Of a stretch of 64,000 nucleotides of DNA, positions 18,335-28,100 are shown in pieces. This DNA comes from Flavobacteriales bacterium UBA6165 (lineage in GTDB: Bacteria > Bacteroidota > Bacteroidia > Flavobacteriales_D > Crocinitomicaceae). The stretch is taken from positions 5,421 through 69,420 of the forward strand of contig DIUF01000019.1 in the NCBI GenBank assembly GCA_002422285.1, in the 5' to 3' direction. The notes under the pieces were generated by a model. That model was not told the DNA's origin. It worked only from the letters and a program-made list of their open reading frames with translations, and searched no databases. The stretch's first letter is position 1; every line of letters begins with the position of its first letter. The translations under genes and the position numbers were made by a program.

Positions 18335-18366
18335 CAAAAAAAAGCCTTCCATCAAAAGATAGAAGG
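18335..18366 (-). terminator. Rho-independent terminator of sucD
   Basis: On the minus strand, gccttctatc-tttt-gatggaaggc forms a 10-bp stem with one G.U pair. An eight-U run follows (A8 at 18335-18342 on plus). Confidence 0.75.
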
Positions 18367-18394
18367 CTCGGGAAAATCTATTGTTTATTAAATA

Positions 18395-19273
18395 TTAAGC
18401 GTGAACACCTAAAACTTCTGCCATTTTAGCACCAATTTGCGCTGGAGAATCTACAACGTGAATGCCACACTCGCGCATGATGCGTTTTTTGGCTTCTGCT
18501 GTATCGTTTTCTCCACCAACGATAGCACCTGCGTGACCCATTGTACGTCCTTTTGGTGCAGTTTCACCAGCGATGAATCCAACAACTGGTTTTGTTCCGT
18601 TGGCTTTGATCCACTCAGCGGCCATTGCTTCCAAGTTTCCACCGATTTCACCAATCATGATGATGCCCTCAGTTTCTGGGTCGTTCATCAACAATTCAAC
18701 TGCTTGTTTTGTAGTTGTTCCGATGATTGGGTCACCACCAATTCCAATAGCAGTTGTAATACCCATTCCAGCTTTCACCACTTGGTCAGCAGCTTCATAA
18801 GTCAAAGTACCTGATTTAGAAACGATACCAATTTTTCCTTTTTTGAAAACAAAACCTGGCATGATGCCAACTTTCGCTTCACCCGGTGTGATAACACCTG
18901 GACAGTTTGGTCCGATCAAAGTTACATTGTAAGCTTTCAAATATTCTTTCGCTTTCACCATGTCTCCAACAGGAATACCTTCTGTGATACAAACAATCAC
19001 TTTGATACCTGCATTGGCGGCTTCCATAATGGCATCAGCTGCAAAGGCTGGTGGCACAAATATGATAGATACATCTGCACCTGTGTTTTTTACTGCGTCG
19101 GCAACTGTGTTGAAAACGGGTTTGTCCAAGTGTGTTGAACCTCCTTTACCTGGCGTAACACCACCAACAACGTTTGTTCCGTAAGCGATCATCTGCTCAG
19201 CATGGAAAGTTCCTTCACTACCTGTAAATCCTTGAACGATTACTTTTGAATCTTTATTGACTAATACACTCAT
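18395..19273 (-). CDS. sucD: Succinate--CoA ligase subunit alpha
   Basis: 292 aa. The blocks [29 protein letters not shown] and the phospho-His context MGHAGAIV are all present. Confidence 0.92.
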   Translation of the reverse strand: MSVLVNKDSKVIVQGFTGSEGTFHAEQMIAYGTNVVGGVTPGKGGSTHLDKPVFNTVADAVKNTGADVSIIFVPPAFAADAIMEAANAGIKVIVCITEGIPVGDMVKAKEYLKAYNVTLIGPNCPGVITPGEAKVGIMPGFVFKKGKIGIVSKSGTLTYEAADQVVKAGMGITTAIGIGGDPIIGTTTKQAVELLMNDPETEGIIMIGEIGGNLEAMAAEWIKANGTKPVVGFIAGETAPKGRTMGHAGAIVGGENDTAEAKKRIMRECGIHVVDSPAQIGAKMAEVLGVHA

Positions 19274-19406
19274 TTTGTCTTATTTTTGGCTAATTGCGGT
19301 GCAAAGTTACTTTTTTGAGTTACAATCCCCAACAAGAGTTAGTTTTTTTTGTTCACAATAATGTAAATACCCATTATGCGTTTTATTTTTCGCAAATTTG
19401 CACCCC

Positions 19407-20384
19407 ATGAGTGAAATGAATATCAATTATCAAGACAAGCCTGCTCTGCCAGAAAAGGAAAATAATAGCTCTTTCGTCAAGACATTTTTGTCGGTGGTGT
19501 TGTTTGCCGTGCTGTTCTATTATTTTATATCCGACAACATTTTATTAATAGGGCTTATTGTTCTCGTACTCTTTGTTCATGAAATCGGTCATTATTTGAT
19601 GATGAAGCGCTACAAATACGAAAACATGTCCATGATTTTTGTGCCTTTTCTAGGTGCCATGGTTCAAGGAAAAAAATCGACTGCTTATTCGCAGTTGGAG
19701 CGTGCCAATGTTATTTTAGCAGGGCCCTTGCCTGGTATACTAATTGGCATTTCTCTCTTTTTAGCTGGTCTGTACTACCAAGAAATTTATTTGGTTTATA
19801 CTGGAACATTATTCGCCATAATTAATATATTGAATTTAATACCATTGGACCCTTTGGATGGCGGACAACTTTTGTATTTGCTCTATTTTGACAGAAAAGA
19901 TATGCTACGCCTATATTTTCTTTTAGGCTCATCACTTTCTATTATTGGTTTGGGCATATATTTTAATAATTACATCGTAATTGCTTTTGGTTTTTTACTT
20001 GGTGTTCGTGTTCGTGCGTACCAAAAAATGCTCAACATACATAACGAATTGAAAGCTGCAGGTATAAATTATGTAAGAACTTACGATAGCCTTACTGCGA
20101 GTGAGTTCAATGCCATTAAACGCATCATTCTTGAAAATTCTGCTTTGGCAAAGAAGATGGTAGACACAGATTTTGTAGCCACAGCAGAGTTTGATGAAGT
20201 CATGGCGAGTGAAGTGAATAGTGTTCTCGAAGTACCAGTTGTGGAAGACATGTCGATGACCAAAAAAATACTTTACACCCTAATATGGCTGGCTTGTTTT
20301 GGTGTTGTAATATGGACATTTTACAGCAATATACCTAAGCTTATAGAAATTCTTGAAATTTTGAAAGATGCCCCCGAAGTATAA
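19407..20384 (+). CDS. M50/site-2-protease-like membrane metalloprotease
   Basis: HEIGHYLMM (HEXXH) lies in a TM context, with a second motif NLIPLDPLDGGQL. The protein is polytopic. ATG 19407 is preferred over the track's TTG at 19398. Confidence 0.65.
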   Translation: MSEMNINYQDKPALPEKENNSSFVKTFLSVVLFAVLFYYFISDNILLIGLIVLVLFVHEIGHYLMMKRYKYENMSMIFVPFLGAMVQGKKSTAYSQLERANVILAGPLPGILIGISLFLAGLYYQEIYLVYTGTLFAIINILNLIPLDPLDGGQLLYLLYFDRKDMLRLYFLLGSSLSIIGLGIYFNNYIVIAFGFLLGVRVRAYQKMLNIHNELKAAGINYVRTYDSLTASEFNAIKRIILENSALAKKMVDTDFVATAEFDEVMASEVNSVLEVPVVEDMSMTKKILYTLIWLACFGVVIWTFYSNIPKLIEILEILKDAPEV

Positions 20385-20907
20385 ATCCGGAGACCGAGTT
20401 TTGGTGCTCAACGAAAGTGGTCATTTTACTTTTAAGCTGTATAAAAACCCAAACGTTGTAGTACTTATCGATACGTATGATTTCGAGCGTGAATTTCCTA
20501 TTGATTTGGTTTCGATGATTCGTGGCTCAAGTGATAAGTTGTTGAAAATAAAGGGAGTGCCAAAGGATAAGTTGGACAATAAATCCTTGCCTAAACTGAA
20601 TCCTAAATTTCAAGAAAATGCAGTTATTGATTTACATATGCACGAACTTGTTGACAATCATCATGGCTGGACAAACACACAAATAGTTGAATATCAGCTC
20701 GCTCATCTCAAAAATAGCTTGGCTTATTTCATGGAGAAAAAAGTGCGCAGGGTTGAAATTATTCACGGCGTTGGTGATCAAGTTTTGATGCGAGAAGTTC
20801 GCTTGTATTTGCGTAAATTCAAGGGCTGTGAAATCAACGATAAATCCTATACCCGAAACGGTTTTGGCGCTACAGAATTTGTTATTCGATACAAAGGCAA
20901 TGTCTAA
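20368..20907 (+). CDS. Smr (MutS2-related small endonuclease) domain protein
   Basis: C-terminal Smr pattern VIDLHMHEL...VEIIHGVGDQVLMREV. It overlaps the upstream gene by 17 nt. Confidence 0.7.
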   Translation: MPPKYKSGDRVLVLNESGHFTFKLYKNPNVVVLIDTYDFEREFPIDLVSMIRGSSDKLLKIKGVPKDKLDNKSLPKLNPKFQENAVIDLHMHELVDNHHGWTNTQIVEYQLAHLKNSLAYFMEKKVRRVEIIHGVGDQVLMREVRLYLRKFKGCEINDKSYTRNGFGATEFVIRYKGNV

Positions 20908-21610
20908 TAAAAACATATTTAAATTCAAGTTTTTTGAAGTTGAACAACTGGAGTCCGTATTTAAAGTTGGCACCGATTCCTTGGTGTTGGGCTCTTGGAT
21001 CAATGGTGATTATCAGCCAAAACATATCCTCGATATAGGTTCTGGAACTGGTGTTTTGAGTTTGATGATGGCTCAAAAATTTTCCGATACCTACATATTG
21101 GCTATTGATACTAATCCAGATGCTCTTGCATTGTCTCAAGCCAACTTTTCACGAAATAATAAGGGATTGCAGTGTAAAGTTCAAATGATTGACTTTTTCG
21201 ATTTTGATGATACTCAAAAATTTGATTTACTTGTTTCTAATCCACCTTATTTTTTGGATTCTTCAATCCCAAAGACAGGGGTTTTAGAGCTTGCAAAACA
21301 TTTATCTTCGAAAGATTTAATAGCCTTTTTCATAAAAGCATCCAACCTCTTGTCTTCAAGTGGAAAGCTATACATGATTTTTCCGAATGATCAACGTTTT
21401 GTTACTACTGCTAGAGAGGCAGGACTTTTCGCGCAAAGAATTCTGGAAGTATTTGGCAAGCCTAATGTACTCAAAAGGCTTTGCGTACAGTTCGGATTTC
21501 AAGAAATAGCGCTTATTCGGGAACGTCTTACGATTCGTGATGAACAGGGTAGGTATACTCAGGAATATCGGGATTTAACTCGAGATTTTCACGGTGTTGA
21601 ATTGAGGTAA
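20900..21610 (+). CDS. tRNA1(Val) (adenine37-N6)-methyltransferase-like (YfiC/TrmN6 family)
   Basis: SAM motif ILDIGSGTGVLSL and catalytic SNPPYF. ATG 20900 (MSNKNIFKFKFF...) overlaps the Smr stop by 8 nt. The track's 20828 start lies inside the Smr gene. Confidence 0.75.
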   Translation: MSNKNIFKFKFFEVEQLESVFKVGTDSLVLGSWINGDYQPKHILDIGSGTGVLSLMMAQKFSDTYILAIDTNPDALALSQANFSRNNKGLQCKVQMIDFFDFDDTQKFDLLVSNPPYFLDSSIPKTGVLELAKHLSSKDLIAFFIKASNLLSSSGKLYMIFPNDQRFVTTAREAGLFAQRILEVFGKPNVLKRLCVQFGFQEIALIRERLTIRDEQGRYTQEYRDLTRDFHGVELR

Positions 21611-21776
21611 GTTGTTGGAAATAAGTGTTGTATTAGAGATTCACGGTTAGTAATCAATGGGCTTTTTTATGGCTTAAATTATTGTAAGTCAATGTTATAT
21701 TTCTTATTAAAATCATTAACGGTTGATAACAGATCAACATAAACAAGTCACAAAATTTCCAATGATATGTAAAAAC

Positions 21777-23201
21777 CTATCTGCGGTTTCTAGTCATCGT
21801 CTTGTGAATCTCAAAGAAATAGTAATCTATGGTTTTGTAGCTACCGTCTGGCACAGGTGAAGCAGCTGGACTCTGAACAATGTATCCTTGAGCGTCTATA
21901 AGTACGTAGTGCGGATATATACTCAATTGAAAAGATTTCTTAAGTTTTTCAATGTCTTTTGGAATAGCAACAGTCCAAGAAATATCTTGTAATTTCAATT
22001 TTTGATCAATCTTTTCCCAATCCGTTTCATTGACAACAACAGTAATGAATTCGATAGAGCTACTGTATTTAGAATACATGGTTTTTAACATGTCGAATTG
22101 AAGAAGGCTTGCTGTCTGATTGATGTCAACAAACTGAATATAAGTGTATCTGGGCGCAAATTTCCCGTTAGAAATCAACTCGTTTTTTCTGTTTATAAAT
22201 TCATATTTTGGCGTGTGAGTACCAGGCACTAGCTGTGTTGACTTTTGCAACACGTTGCGCGCAATGATTCTATTTTCTTGAAAAAGACCATGATTAGCAA
22301 TTGAATCGAGTATTGTTATGATTCTTGATGATGGATAAGTTCTGTCGTGAAAAACATCAGAAAGCCCGATAATCATGACCAATTCTCGCAGTCTAACATT
22401 TGCCACACGATAATCACCAGCCAAGTCATTGATAAGTCGGGTAGGAGAACCCGCCACAATCGCTTTATAGATTTTGTTGTTCAATTCTGGTGAAGTGCGT
22501 TCGAAAAAATTTTTGTAAAAATTTCGGATATACTTCATGTACTCCTCGTTTTTGTAATATACCGTAAAAGGTGCAATGTTCACAATGTATCGTGCGCGTT
22601 CATCCCTAGCACCTACAAAATTTAATTCTTCAAGAGAAGCCACACGATATTTGATATAATTTCGCAAGTACTCTGTAGTGTCTGATTTGTATCGCGTCGA
22701 AACATCTTTTTCGAAAACAGCCAATTTCTTTGCAAAGGTGCTATCTCGCTTGGTACGCAAATGATAATTCTCGCCTAAGAAGGCGTCTATCCAACGATCA
22801 AAAGTCAATGTTTTGTAATTGATGTCACTTGGGTCAAGATCCAAAAAGGTCATTTCAACCTCACTGCCTAAAGGGTTGTTGAAGTTTGACAGTTTTTGAT
22901 TTGTTACAATAACGGTATATTTGGCATTGGGCTGGACCAACATGAAAGCATAATTATTGCCGACTGAAATTTTTATTTTTTCAATTTCAGAAATTTCAAA
23001 TTTTAGCGTAAAACTGCTGTCAGACTTCAATTCGGTACTCGTAATAACAGATGTGTTCCTTGTTATTAAATCTTCAAAACGCTCTAAAATGACTTTTGTG
23101 CCCGCTATTTGTGGGCTTCTTCCGCTAATATGAATCGTTTGCGCATGGCATATTCCGAAAGAAAGTAATGTTAATATTCCAGATGCTACCAATATTCTCA
23201 T
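21777..23201 (-). CDS. Secreted hypothetical protein with a C-terminal thioredoxin-fold-like (TlpA-like) region lacking CxxC
   Basis: Signal peptide MRILVASGILTLLSFGICHAQ. The C-terminal pattern is YTYIQF...IEFITVVVNE...W...YPHYVLIDAQGYIV. The mature protein contains no cysteine. Confidence 0.4.
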   Translation of the reverse strand: MRILVASGILTLLSFGICHAQTIHISGRSPQIAGTKVILERFEDLITRNTSVITSTELKSDSSFTLKFEISEIEKIKISVGNNYAFMLVQPNAKYTVIVTNQKLSNFNNPLGSEVEMTFLDLDPSDINYKTLTFDRWIDAFLGENYHLRTKRDSTFAKKLAVFEKDVSTRYKSDTTEYLRNYIKYRVASLEELNFVGARDERARYIVNIAPFTVYYKNEEYMKYIRNFYKNFFERTSPELNNKIYKAIVAGSPTRLINDLAGDYRVANVRLRELVMIIGLSDVFHDRTYPSSRIITILDSIANHGLFQENRIIARNVLQKSTQLVPGTHTPKYEFINRKNELISNGKFAPRYTYIQFVDINQTASLLQFDMLKTMYSKYSSSIEFITVVVNETDWEKIDQKLKLQDISWTVAIPKDIEKLKKSFQLSIYPHYVLIDAQGYIVQSPAASPVPDGSYKTIDYYFFEIHKTMTRNRR

Positions 23202-23239
23202 GATTCTTTTTGTGGGTTACAAGGCAAAAATTAGACCAG

Positions 23240-23695
23240 CTACATAACGAGCAATTCTGACTTGGTTACAAAGGGTTTGATATCACCTCCATTCATGAAA
23301 ATTTCGCGCACAATTGTTGCGTTTATTGAGCCATATTCTTGTCTAGTCAGAAGAAAAACACTCTTGATGCCCGAAAGCTGGTCGTTTGTATGAGCAATAG
23401 CACGTTCGTATGAGAAATCTCTCGAATCTCTTAACCCTCGAATTAAAAAATCTGCGCCACACGTTTTGGCATACGAAATGGTGAGTCCATTATAGGCAGA
23501 AACAGTCACTCTTTCACCGGCGAACAAGTTTTGAATATGTGCTATTCGCTTTTCTAGATTAAACAAATACTTCTTACTTTCATTAATGCCAATACCAATT
23601 TCAACGTGGTCAAAAAGCAACAAGGCTTGTCGTACAACATCTTCGTGTCCTTTGGTAAATGGGTCAAATGACCCTGGGAAAAGTCCTTTTTTCAT
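23240..23695 (-). CDS. coaD: Pantetheine-phosphate adenylyltransferase
   Basis: 151 aa. The nucleotidyltransferase motif is FPGSFDPFTKGHEDVV, and the conserved ...RGLR...DFEYE-like block is present. Confidence 0.92.
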   Translation of the reverse strand: MKKGLFPGSFDPFTKGHEDVVRQALLLFDHVEIGIGINESKKYLFNLEKRIAHIQNLFAGERVTVSAYNGLTISYAKTCGADFLIRGLRDSRDFSYERAIAHTNDQLSGIKSVFLLTRQEYGSINATIVREIFMNGGDIKPFVTKSELLVM

Positions 23696-23719
23696 GCTTT
23701 TGAATTTTTTATCGAATCA

Positions 23720-24268
23720 TTATAAAAGCGCATCCTCATTTCTAAAAAAACTGAAATGAACACCTCCATAGTTTCTAATATCTCGAAAATTCGGCAAATG
23801 AGCGAAATTATTTTGTTTTCCATGTTCAACGATAAGCATGGCTCCAGGTTTCAAAATGCCTTTTTCAAACACGGATAAAATCAACTTTTCATAGTGCTTG
23901 TATTCGTATGGAGGGTCGGCAACAACTATGTCAAACTGCACTTTTGCGATTTGAATGAATTTTATAGCATCATTCTTTAATAACTTGATTTGAGTTAGCT
24001 TGAGTTTCTTACAGTTTTCTGATATGAATTTGAGACAATCTGTGTTCCAATCCACGGCAATTACCGACTTAGCATCACGCGAAGCAAACTCTAATGATAA
24101 ACTACCAGTGCCCGTGCACAAGTCTAAAACATCACATTGGTCGATATCGAATTCATTGGATAATAAATTAAACAAACCCTCTTTGGCGAAGTCTGTAGTA
24201 GGTCGCGAGTCGAATCCTTTTGGCACTTGCAATCGGATTCCTTTGAGTTTGCCTCCAACTATACGCAC
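23720..24268 (-). CDS. rsmD: 16S rRNA (guanine966-N2)-methyltransferase
   Basis: MRIVGGKLKG..L......RPT block, SAM motif LDLCTGTGSLSLEF and catalytic DPPY. Confidence 0.88.
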   Translation of the reverse strand: MRIVGGKLKGIRLQVPKGFDSRPTTDFAKEGLFNLLSNEFDIDQCDVLDLCTGTGSLSLEFASRDAKSVIAVDWNTDCLKFISENCKKLKLTQIKLLKNDAIKFIQIAKVQFDIVVADPPYEYKHYEKLILSVFEKGILKPGAMLIVEHGKQNNFAHLPNFRDIRNYGGVHFSFFRNEDALL

Positions 24269-25014
24269 AACAATTGGTGTTTTATCTTAGAAACTTGGTG
24301 TAAATCCATTTCTCTAGCTGAAGCAGAGCGCTTAATTTGTTCAGAAAAATCATTAAACATGAGGTTTTTATCTTCATTGGAATGCCAGAAAAGAGTACAT
24401 TCTTTGGATGCGTAATTCAAATTGTTTATGGTATGCAAGGTGTAATATAATAAATCTTCAGTATTGTTAAACCCAAAAGTGTTAAAGAAGTCGAGTTGAT
24501 TTTTAGAAACTGCAAACAAGCTAAAATGGGAAGCATTTATAGATAAATGAATCGTGGGGAGGAAAGTGTTTTTTTCAAAAATACCGCGTAAAATGTGTGT
24601 AGTTTCATGTTGAATATTTATGCGAGGAAAACGAATCACAAAAAAGCGTTTTATCCAATCTTCAATTTCGTAAACGTTTACTAGAGCCTGTTCAAAAAAA
24701 CGTGTGTGTTCAATGATGTTGTCTGTGTTACCATAAACAAAATCAAATACATCTTTTGCATTGGTGTCTCCATATATCATTTGAGGTACAAGCGTAGCGC
24801 GCATTCCTGCATAAGAGAGACTCACTTCTCCATTAAAATCATTGAGACCTTCGTTTCTTAGGAATTCGGTTGCTTCATCGCGTTTGAGCTCAGCCACCCG
24901 ACCAGACAATTTTGAAGTAGCTGATTGTGTTATTAGCTTGCTTCTACGGTCAATGATGGCATAAGACAAATCATGTTCACTGACTTGAAAACAAAGCTGA
25001 TTCATGTCATACAA
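24259..25014 (-). CDS. Hypothetical protein (DUF3822-like, conserved neighbour of rsmD/coaD in Bacteroidota)
   Basis: 251-aa ORF overlapping the rsmD start by 10 nt. The assignment rests only on recalled synteny and size, with no diagnostic motif. Confidence 0.35.
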   Translation of the reverse strand: MYDMNQLCFQVSEHDLSYAIIDRRSKLITQSATSKLSGRVAELKRDEATEFLRNEGLNDFNGEVSLSYAGMRATLVPQMIYGDTNAKDVFDFVYGNTDNIIEHTRFFEQALVNVYEIEDWIKRFFVIRFPRINIQHETTHILRGIFEKNTFLPTIHLSINASHFSLFAVSKNQLDFFNTFGFNNTEDLLYYTLHTINNLNYASKECTLFWHSNEDKNLMFNDFSEQIKRSASAREMDLHQVSKIKHQLLCV

Positions 25015-25017
25015 GAA

Positions 25018-25899
25018 TTAATCCCAATTCGAGGAAAGCGCAGGAGATGATGTTGAACCAATGGAGTAGAGTACACTTTTACCTGTACTTTTCATTATTC
25101 GTTCACCCCATACATAGAGTGCTTGTACTTTTACACCTTGGAATTCAACTGAATCTGTCACAGTTAAAGTGAATTGCGTGCCGCTGTTTGGAACATAAAA
25201 AATGGAATCAACATTGAATTCAGGGAAGCCCATTTTTGTTCTTCTTGAAATATACGAAGCAGCTCCAAAAGTTGTTTCATAATAAGACGTTAGTATTGTG
25301 TCACGTACAAATCCAGCTAAATCAGCTGGTGGATTTGAGGACTTGGCTAAAACCATTGCTTCTGCTTCGGTCATGTTGTAATCTAAGGCTCTTTTATCAC
25401 CCGCACCATAAATGATTGCACGCTCTTCAGGAGTCAATCTGCGATTTGGTACACCACCATTTTTAACCGCGATTTTAATTTTACCATTCACAATAAAATC
25501 CTTTAAACTTGTCCAATCTTTAGCGTATGAACCGTTTACTTCTTTAAATGCAATTTGACTTGATTTTATATCAGTCAGATTTTGTTTCACCAACTCATCC
25601 ATGCGCTCGTCATATTTTCTAGCGTTGTCTATAGAAACTATATCGCTTCCAATGTAAAAGAAAGTGAAAAAACCTGCGATTCCCAAAATGCCTCCTAGAA
25701 CAATTGCGATTTTACCTATGTTGGAGCCCACTGAGAAAAACAGCATCACAAGACCTGCAAGTGTTAATAATCCAGTAGAAATCATAAACATGTCATTCTG
25801 TCCTGCAGATTGCCCGATGATAATGAGAGCTAAACCGAGAGCAGTGATGATTACAGGTAAAGAAATCTTGCTAAAAATGGCTGATAAATTATTGTTCAT
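25018..25899 (-). CDS. Hypothetical membrane protein (3 N-terminal TM helices plus soluble domain)
   Basis: Hydrophobic segments LPVIITALGLALIIIG, ISTGLLTLAGLVMLFF and IAIVLGGILGIAGFFTFFYI. No recognisable catalytic motif. Confidence 0.5.
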   Translation of the reverse strand: MNNNLSAIFSKISLPVIITALGLALIIIGQSAGQNDMFMISTGLLTLAGLVMLFFSVGSNIGKIAIVLGGILGIAGFFTFFYIGSDIVSIDNARKYDERMDELVKQNLTDIKSSQIAFKEVNGSYAKDWTSLKDFIVNGKIKIAVKNGGVPNRRLTPEERAIIYGAGDKRALDYNMTEAEAMVLAKSSNPPADLAGFVRDTILTSYYETTFGAASYISRRTKMGFPEFNVDSIFYVPNSGTQFTLTVTDSVEFQGVKVQALYVWGERIMKSTGKSVLYSIGSTSSPALSSNWD

Positions 25900-26009
25900 A
25901 ATGGTTTTACTTTTATGTGCTCACAAAACTACTACAATTTTGAAAAGAGCGTCTAACCTACAATCAATTTTTTGAACAGTTTAATCAACGAGACTTTGTT
26001 CAAAGTCGA

Positions 26010-26864
26010 CTATTCGACTACTATGACGAGATACTTGCTTATTTTCCAGAATTCGTATGGATTTGTAATGTTGATGGTTTTGTTGTTTCCATTATCAATG
26101 ATTTGATACGAATTGGACGGATGATCACTGATAATTTGTATTTTTTTGCCAATGATTTGAATGTTTTTCTTTTCAAATTTATCCAGCGGAGTGAAATAGT
26201 CCTCATTGAAACCATCTTTCAAACTTGATTTTTTTCCCATGCCGATGAAACCTTTGTTTTGGACAACTACATTGTTTTTTTTGAGTTCTTCGAGTGAGCC
26301 GTATACATAATAAGCCGTAGTTAATTCCTTGCGCGATTTTTCCGCAAGATCTACCTGCTCCATGTAGGCGTCAAAAAGTTTTGAGTATTCTTCGTCTTGG
26401 TTAACTAAGGTATTTCTTAAGGTCATGATGAGTTCATCTTGGGCTAGAATACGCTCTTGCAAGTTCTCTATCATTTGATAAAGCTGGCCAATCTGATTCT
26501 CTTTACCTTGAATTTGTGCGTTTAATGCTTTGATCTTTCTTGCATTTTCTTCTCTTAAAAACTGAATATTCTGAAGCTCTTGAAGCATCCATTCTCGCTG
26601 ATTGCCGTTGCGCTTTCCTCCTTCAGACATCAATCGGATTTCAATTTCTTTGTTTTGAATTCGAGCGATGTTCTCTTGAATTTCATTGAACAAACTCAAG
26701 GATTCATTGATTAAATCATCTTTTTCTGAATTTTCCATCTCTAACTGACGGATTTGATTCTTCAAGCGGGCAATTTCTTGATTATCCTCTGTTTTTGGTG
26801 TATCTGATTTGCATGAGGCAAGCACAAATATCAGACTGATAAAAATGAAAAGTGTGAATTTCAT
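26010..26864 (-). CDS. Coiled-coil lipoprotein, function unknown
   Basis: ATG 26864 gives MKFTLFIFISLIFVLASCKSD (lipobox). About 150 aa of heptad-like E/Q/L/N-rich sequence follows. The track's longer start adds non-signal residues. Confidence 0.55.
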   Translation of the reverse strand: MKFTLFIFISLIFVLASCKSDTPKTEDNQEIARLKNQIRQLEMENSEKDDLINESLSLFNEIQENIARIQNKEIEIRLMSEGGKRNGNQREWMLQELQNIQFLREENARKIKALNAQIQGKENQIGQLYQMIENLQERILAQDELIMTLRNTLVNQDEEYSKLFDAYMEQVDLAEKSRKELTTAYYVYGSLEELKKNNVVVQNKGFIGMGKKSSLKDGFNEDYFTPLDKFEKKNIQIIGKKIQIISDHPSNSYQIIDNGNNKTINITNPYEFWKISKYLVIVVE

Positions 26865-27011
26865 GCTTCGGTATTTAAGGGTTTTAAAGTGTATTAAAGC
26901 TTGCAAATTAACGCAGAATTCTATTTTTGGTGACAATACTGTTAAAAAATAATTCAGCGAGGCTATGAATAATTCGCTCTTTCAATTACTTTAGCCAAAA
27001 AAATTAGATCC

Positions 27012-28100
27012 ATGAAGCATAAATTACATTTTCCACTATTGTTCTCTACGTTGTTTTGTTTGTTTGCAGGTCAAGTTTTGTTTGCACAACCAGAAGATGA
27101 AGAAGAAGATTACAGCAGTTACGGGACAGAATCCGGTGTTAAAAGATACTGCACACCTAAAGTTGTTGGCTTAAGTCCACAGCGATTGATTAGCATTGGT
27201 TATGAATTTGCAGGTTCGCATAGCATCGAAGCAGCTGCTTTGGGTGATAATGTTGCTGCGCAAAATGGCGATGTGAATAACTACATGGGCTTTTTTCTAG
27301 CTGCCAATTTGCCCGTAATATCAACCCATAAATTTTTGCTCAATATAGGAATGAATTATGTGGGCTCAAATTTTTCGTTCGGCAATGACACGCTTTCGAA
27401 TCCTTTTTTGCAATCGCTTAATGGTAATATCCGCACTTTTGGTTTGAATGCCACAATTTTCAAACCTTTGAATGAAAAGCACTATTTGTTAGGCTTTGTA
27501 AGCGGCGATTACAATGGTGATTATAATTTTAAGCGTTTTCAGAGCATCAGCCTTTTGAAGACTACTGTTGTGGCTGTTTTTGGCTGGAAGTTCAATGATC
27601 GCTTTCAGTTCGGATTTGGTGCTACGCAAACATATCGTGCTGGTGAGAAGAGTTTGCTGCCCGTAATTCATTACAACTTCACCTCCAAAAACGACAAGTG
27701 GGGCATTGAAGCTCTGTTGCCCGCCAGAATGCATTACCGCTATGCTTTCACACGCCGCGATTTGCTTTTGGCAGGATTCGAAGTACTTGGAAACAGCTAT
27801 CATTTAGCGAATGTCGATAATCGCTATCCTGAGCAAAATGCACCTGGTATGGTTTCGGGTTATGACCCTAATAATATTGAATTCAGACGTTCTGAAATCC
27901 GCTTTAGATTGGATTATATGAAGGCGCTTTCTGACTTTATTTGGATAAGCGCCCAAGTGGGCTACATCCACGCCTACCGCTTTAATGTGGACAGCGGCAA
28001 CGATTTCAGACCATTTGGATCAGATATGCCTTATGTGATGGAAAACCGCATGGGGGGCGCACCCTATTTTCAGATCACCTTGAATTTGGTTAGTCCTTGA
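27012..28100 (+). CDS. Outer-membrane beta-barrel protein, function unknown
   Basis: Signal peptide MKHKLHFPLLFSTLFCLFAGQVLFAQ. Beta-strand periodicity runs throughout the protein. Confidence 0.5.
   Translation: MKHKLHFPLLFSTLFCLFAGQVLFAQPEDEEEDYSSYGTESGVKRYCTPKVVGLSPQRLISIGYEFAGSHSIEAAALGDNVAAQNGDVNNYMGFFLAANLPVISTHKFLLNIGMNYVGSNFSFGNDTLSNPFLQSLNGNIRTFGLNATIFKPLNEKHYLLGFVSGDYNGDYNFKRFQSISLLKTTVVAVFGWKFNDRFQFGFGATQTYRAGEKSLLPVIHYNFTSKNDKWGIEALLPARMHYRYAFTRRDLLLAGFEVLGNSYHLANVDNRYPEQNAPGMVSGYDPNNIEFRRSEIRFRLDYMKALSDFIWISAQVGYIHAYRFNVDSGNDFRPFGSDMPYVMENRMGGAPYFQITLNLVSP

Noticed and set aside
21722-21740. Hairpin gttgat-aacag-atcaac between the convergent methyltransferase gene and the 474-aa gene.
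   Set aside because: The stem is only 6 bp, and neither strand has a convincing U-run after it. It is not callable as a terminator.
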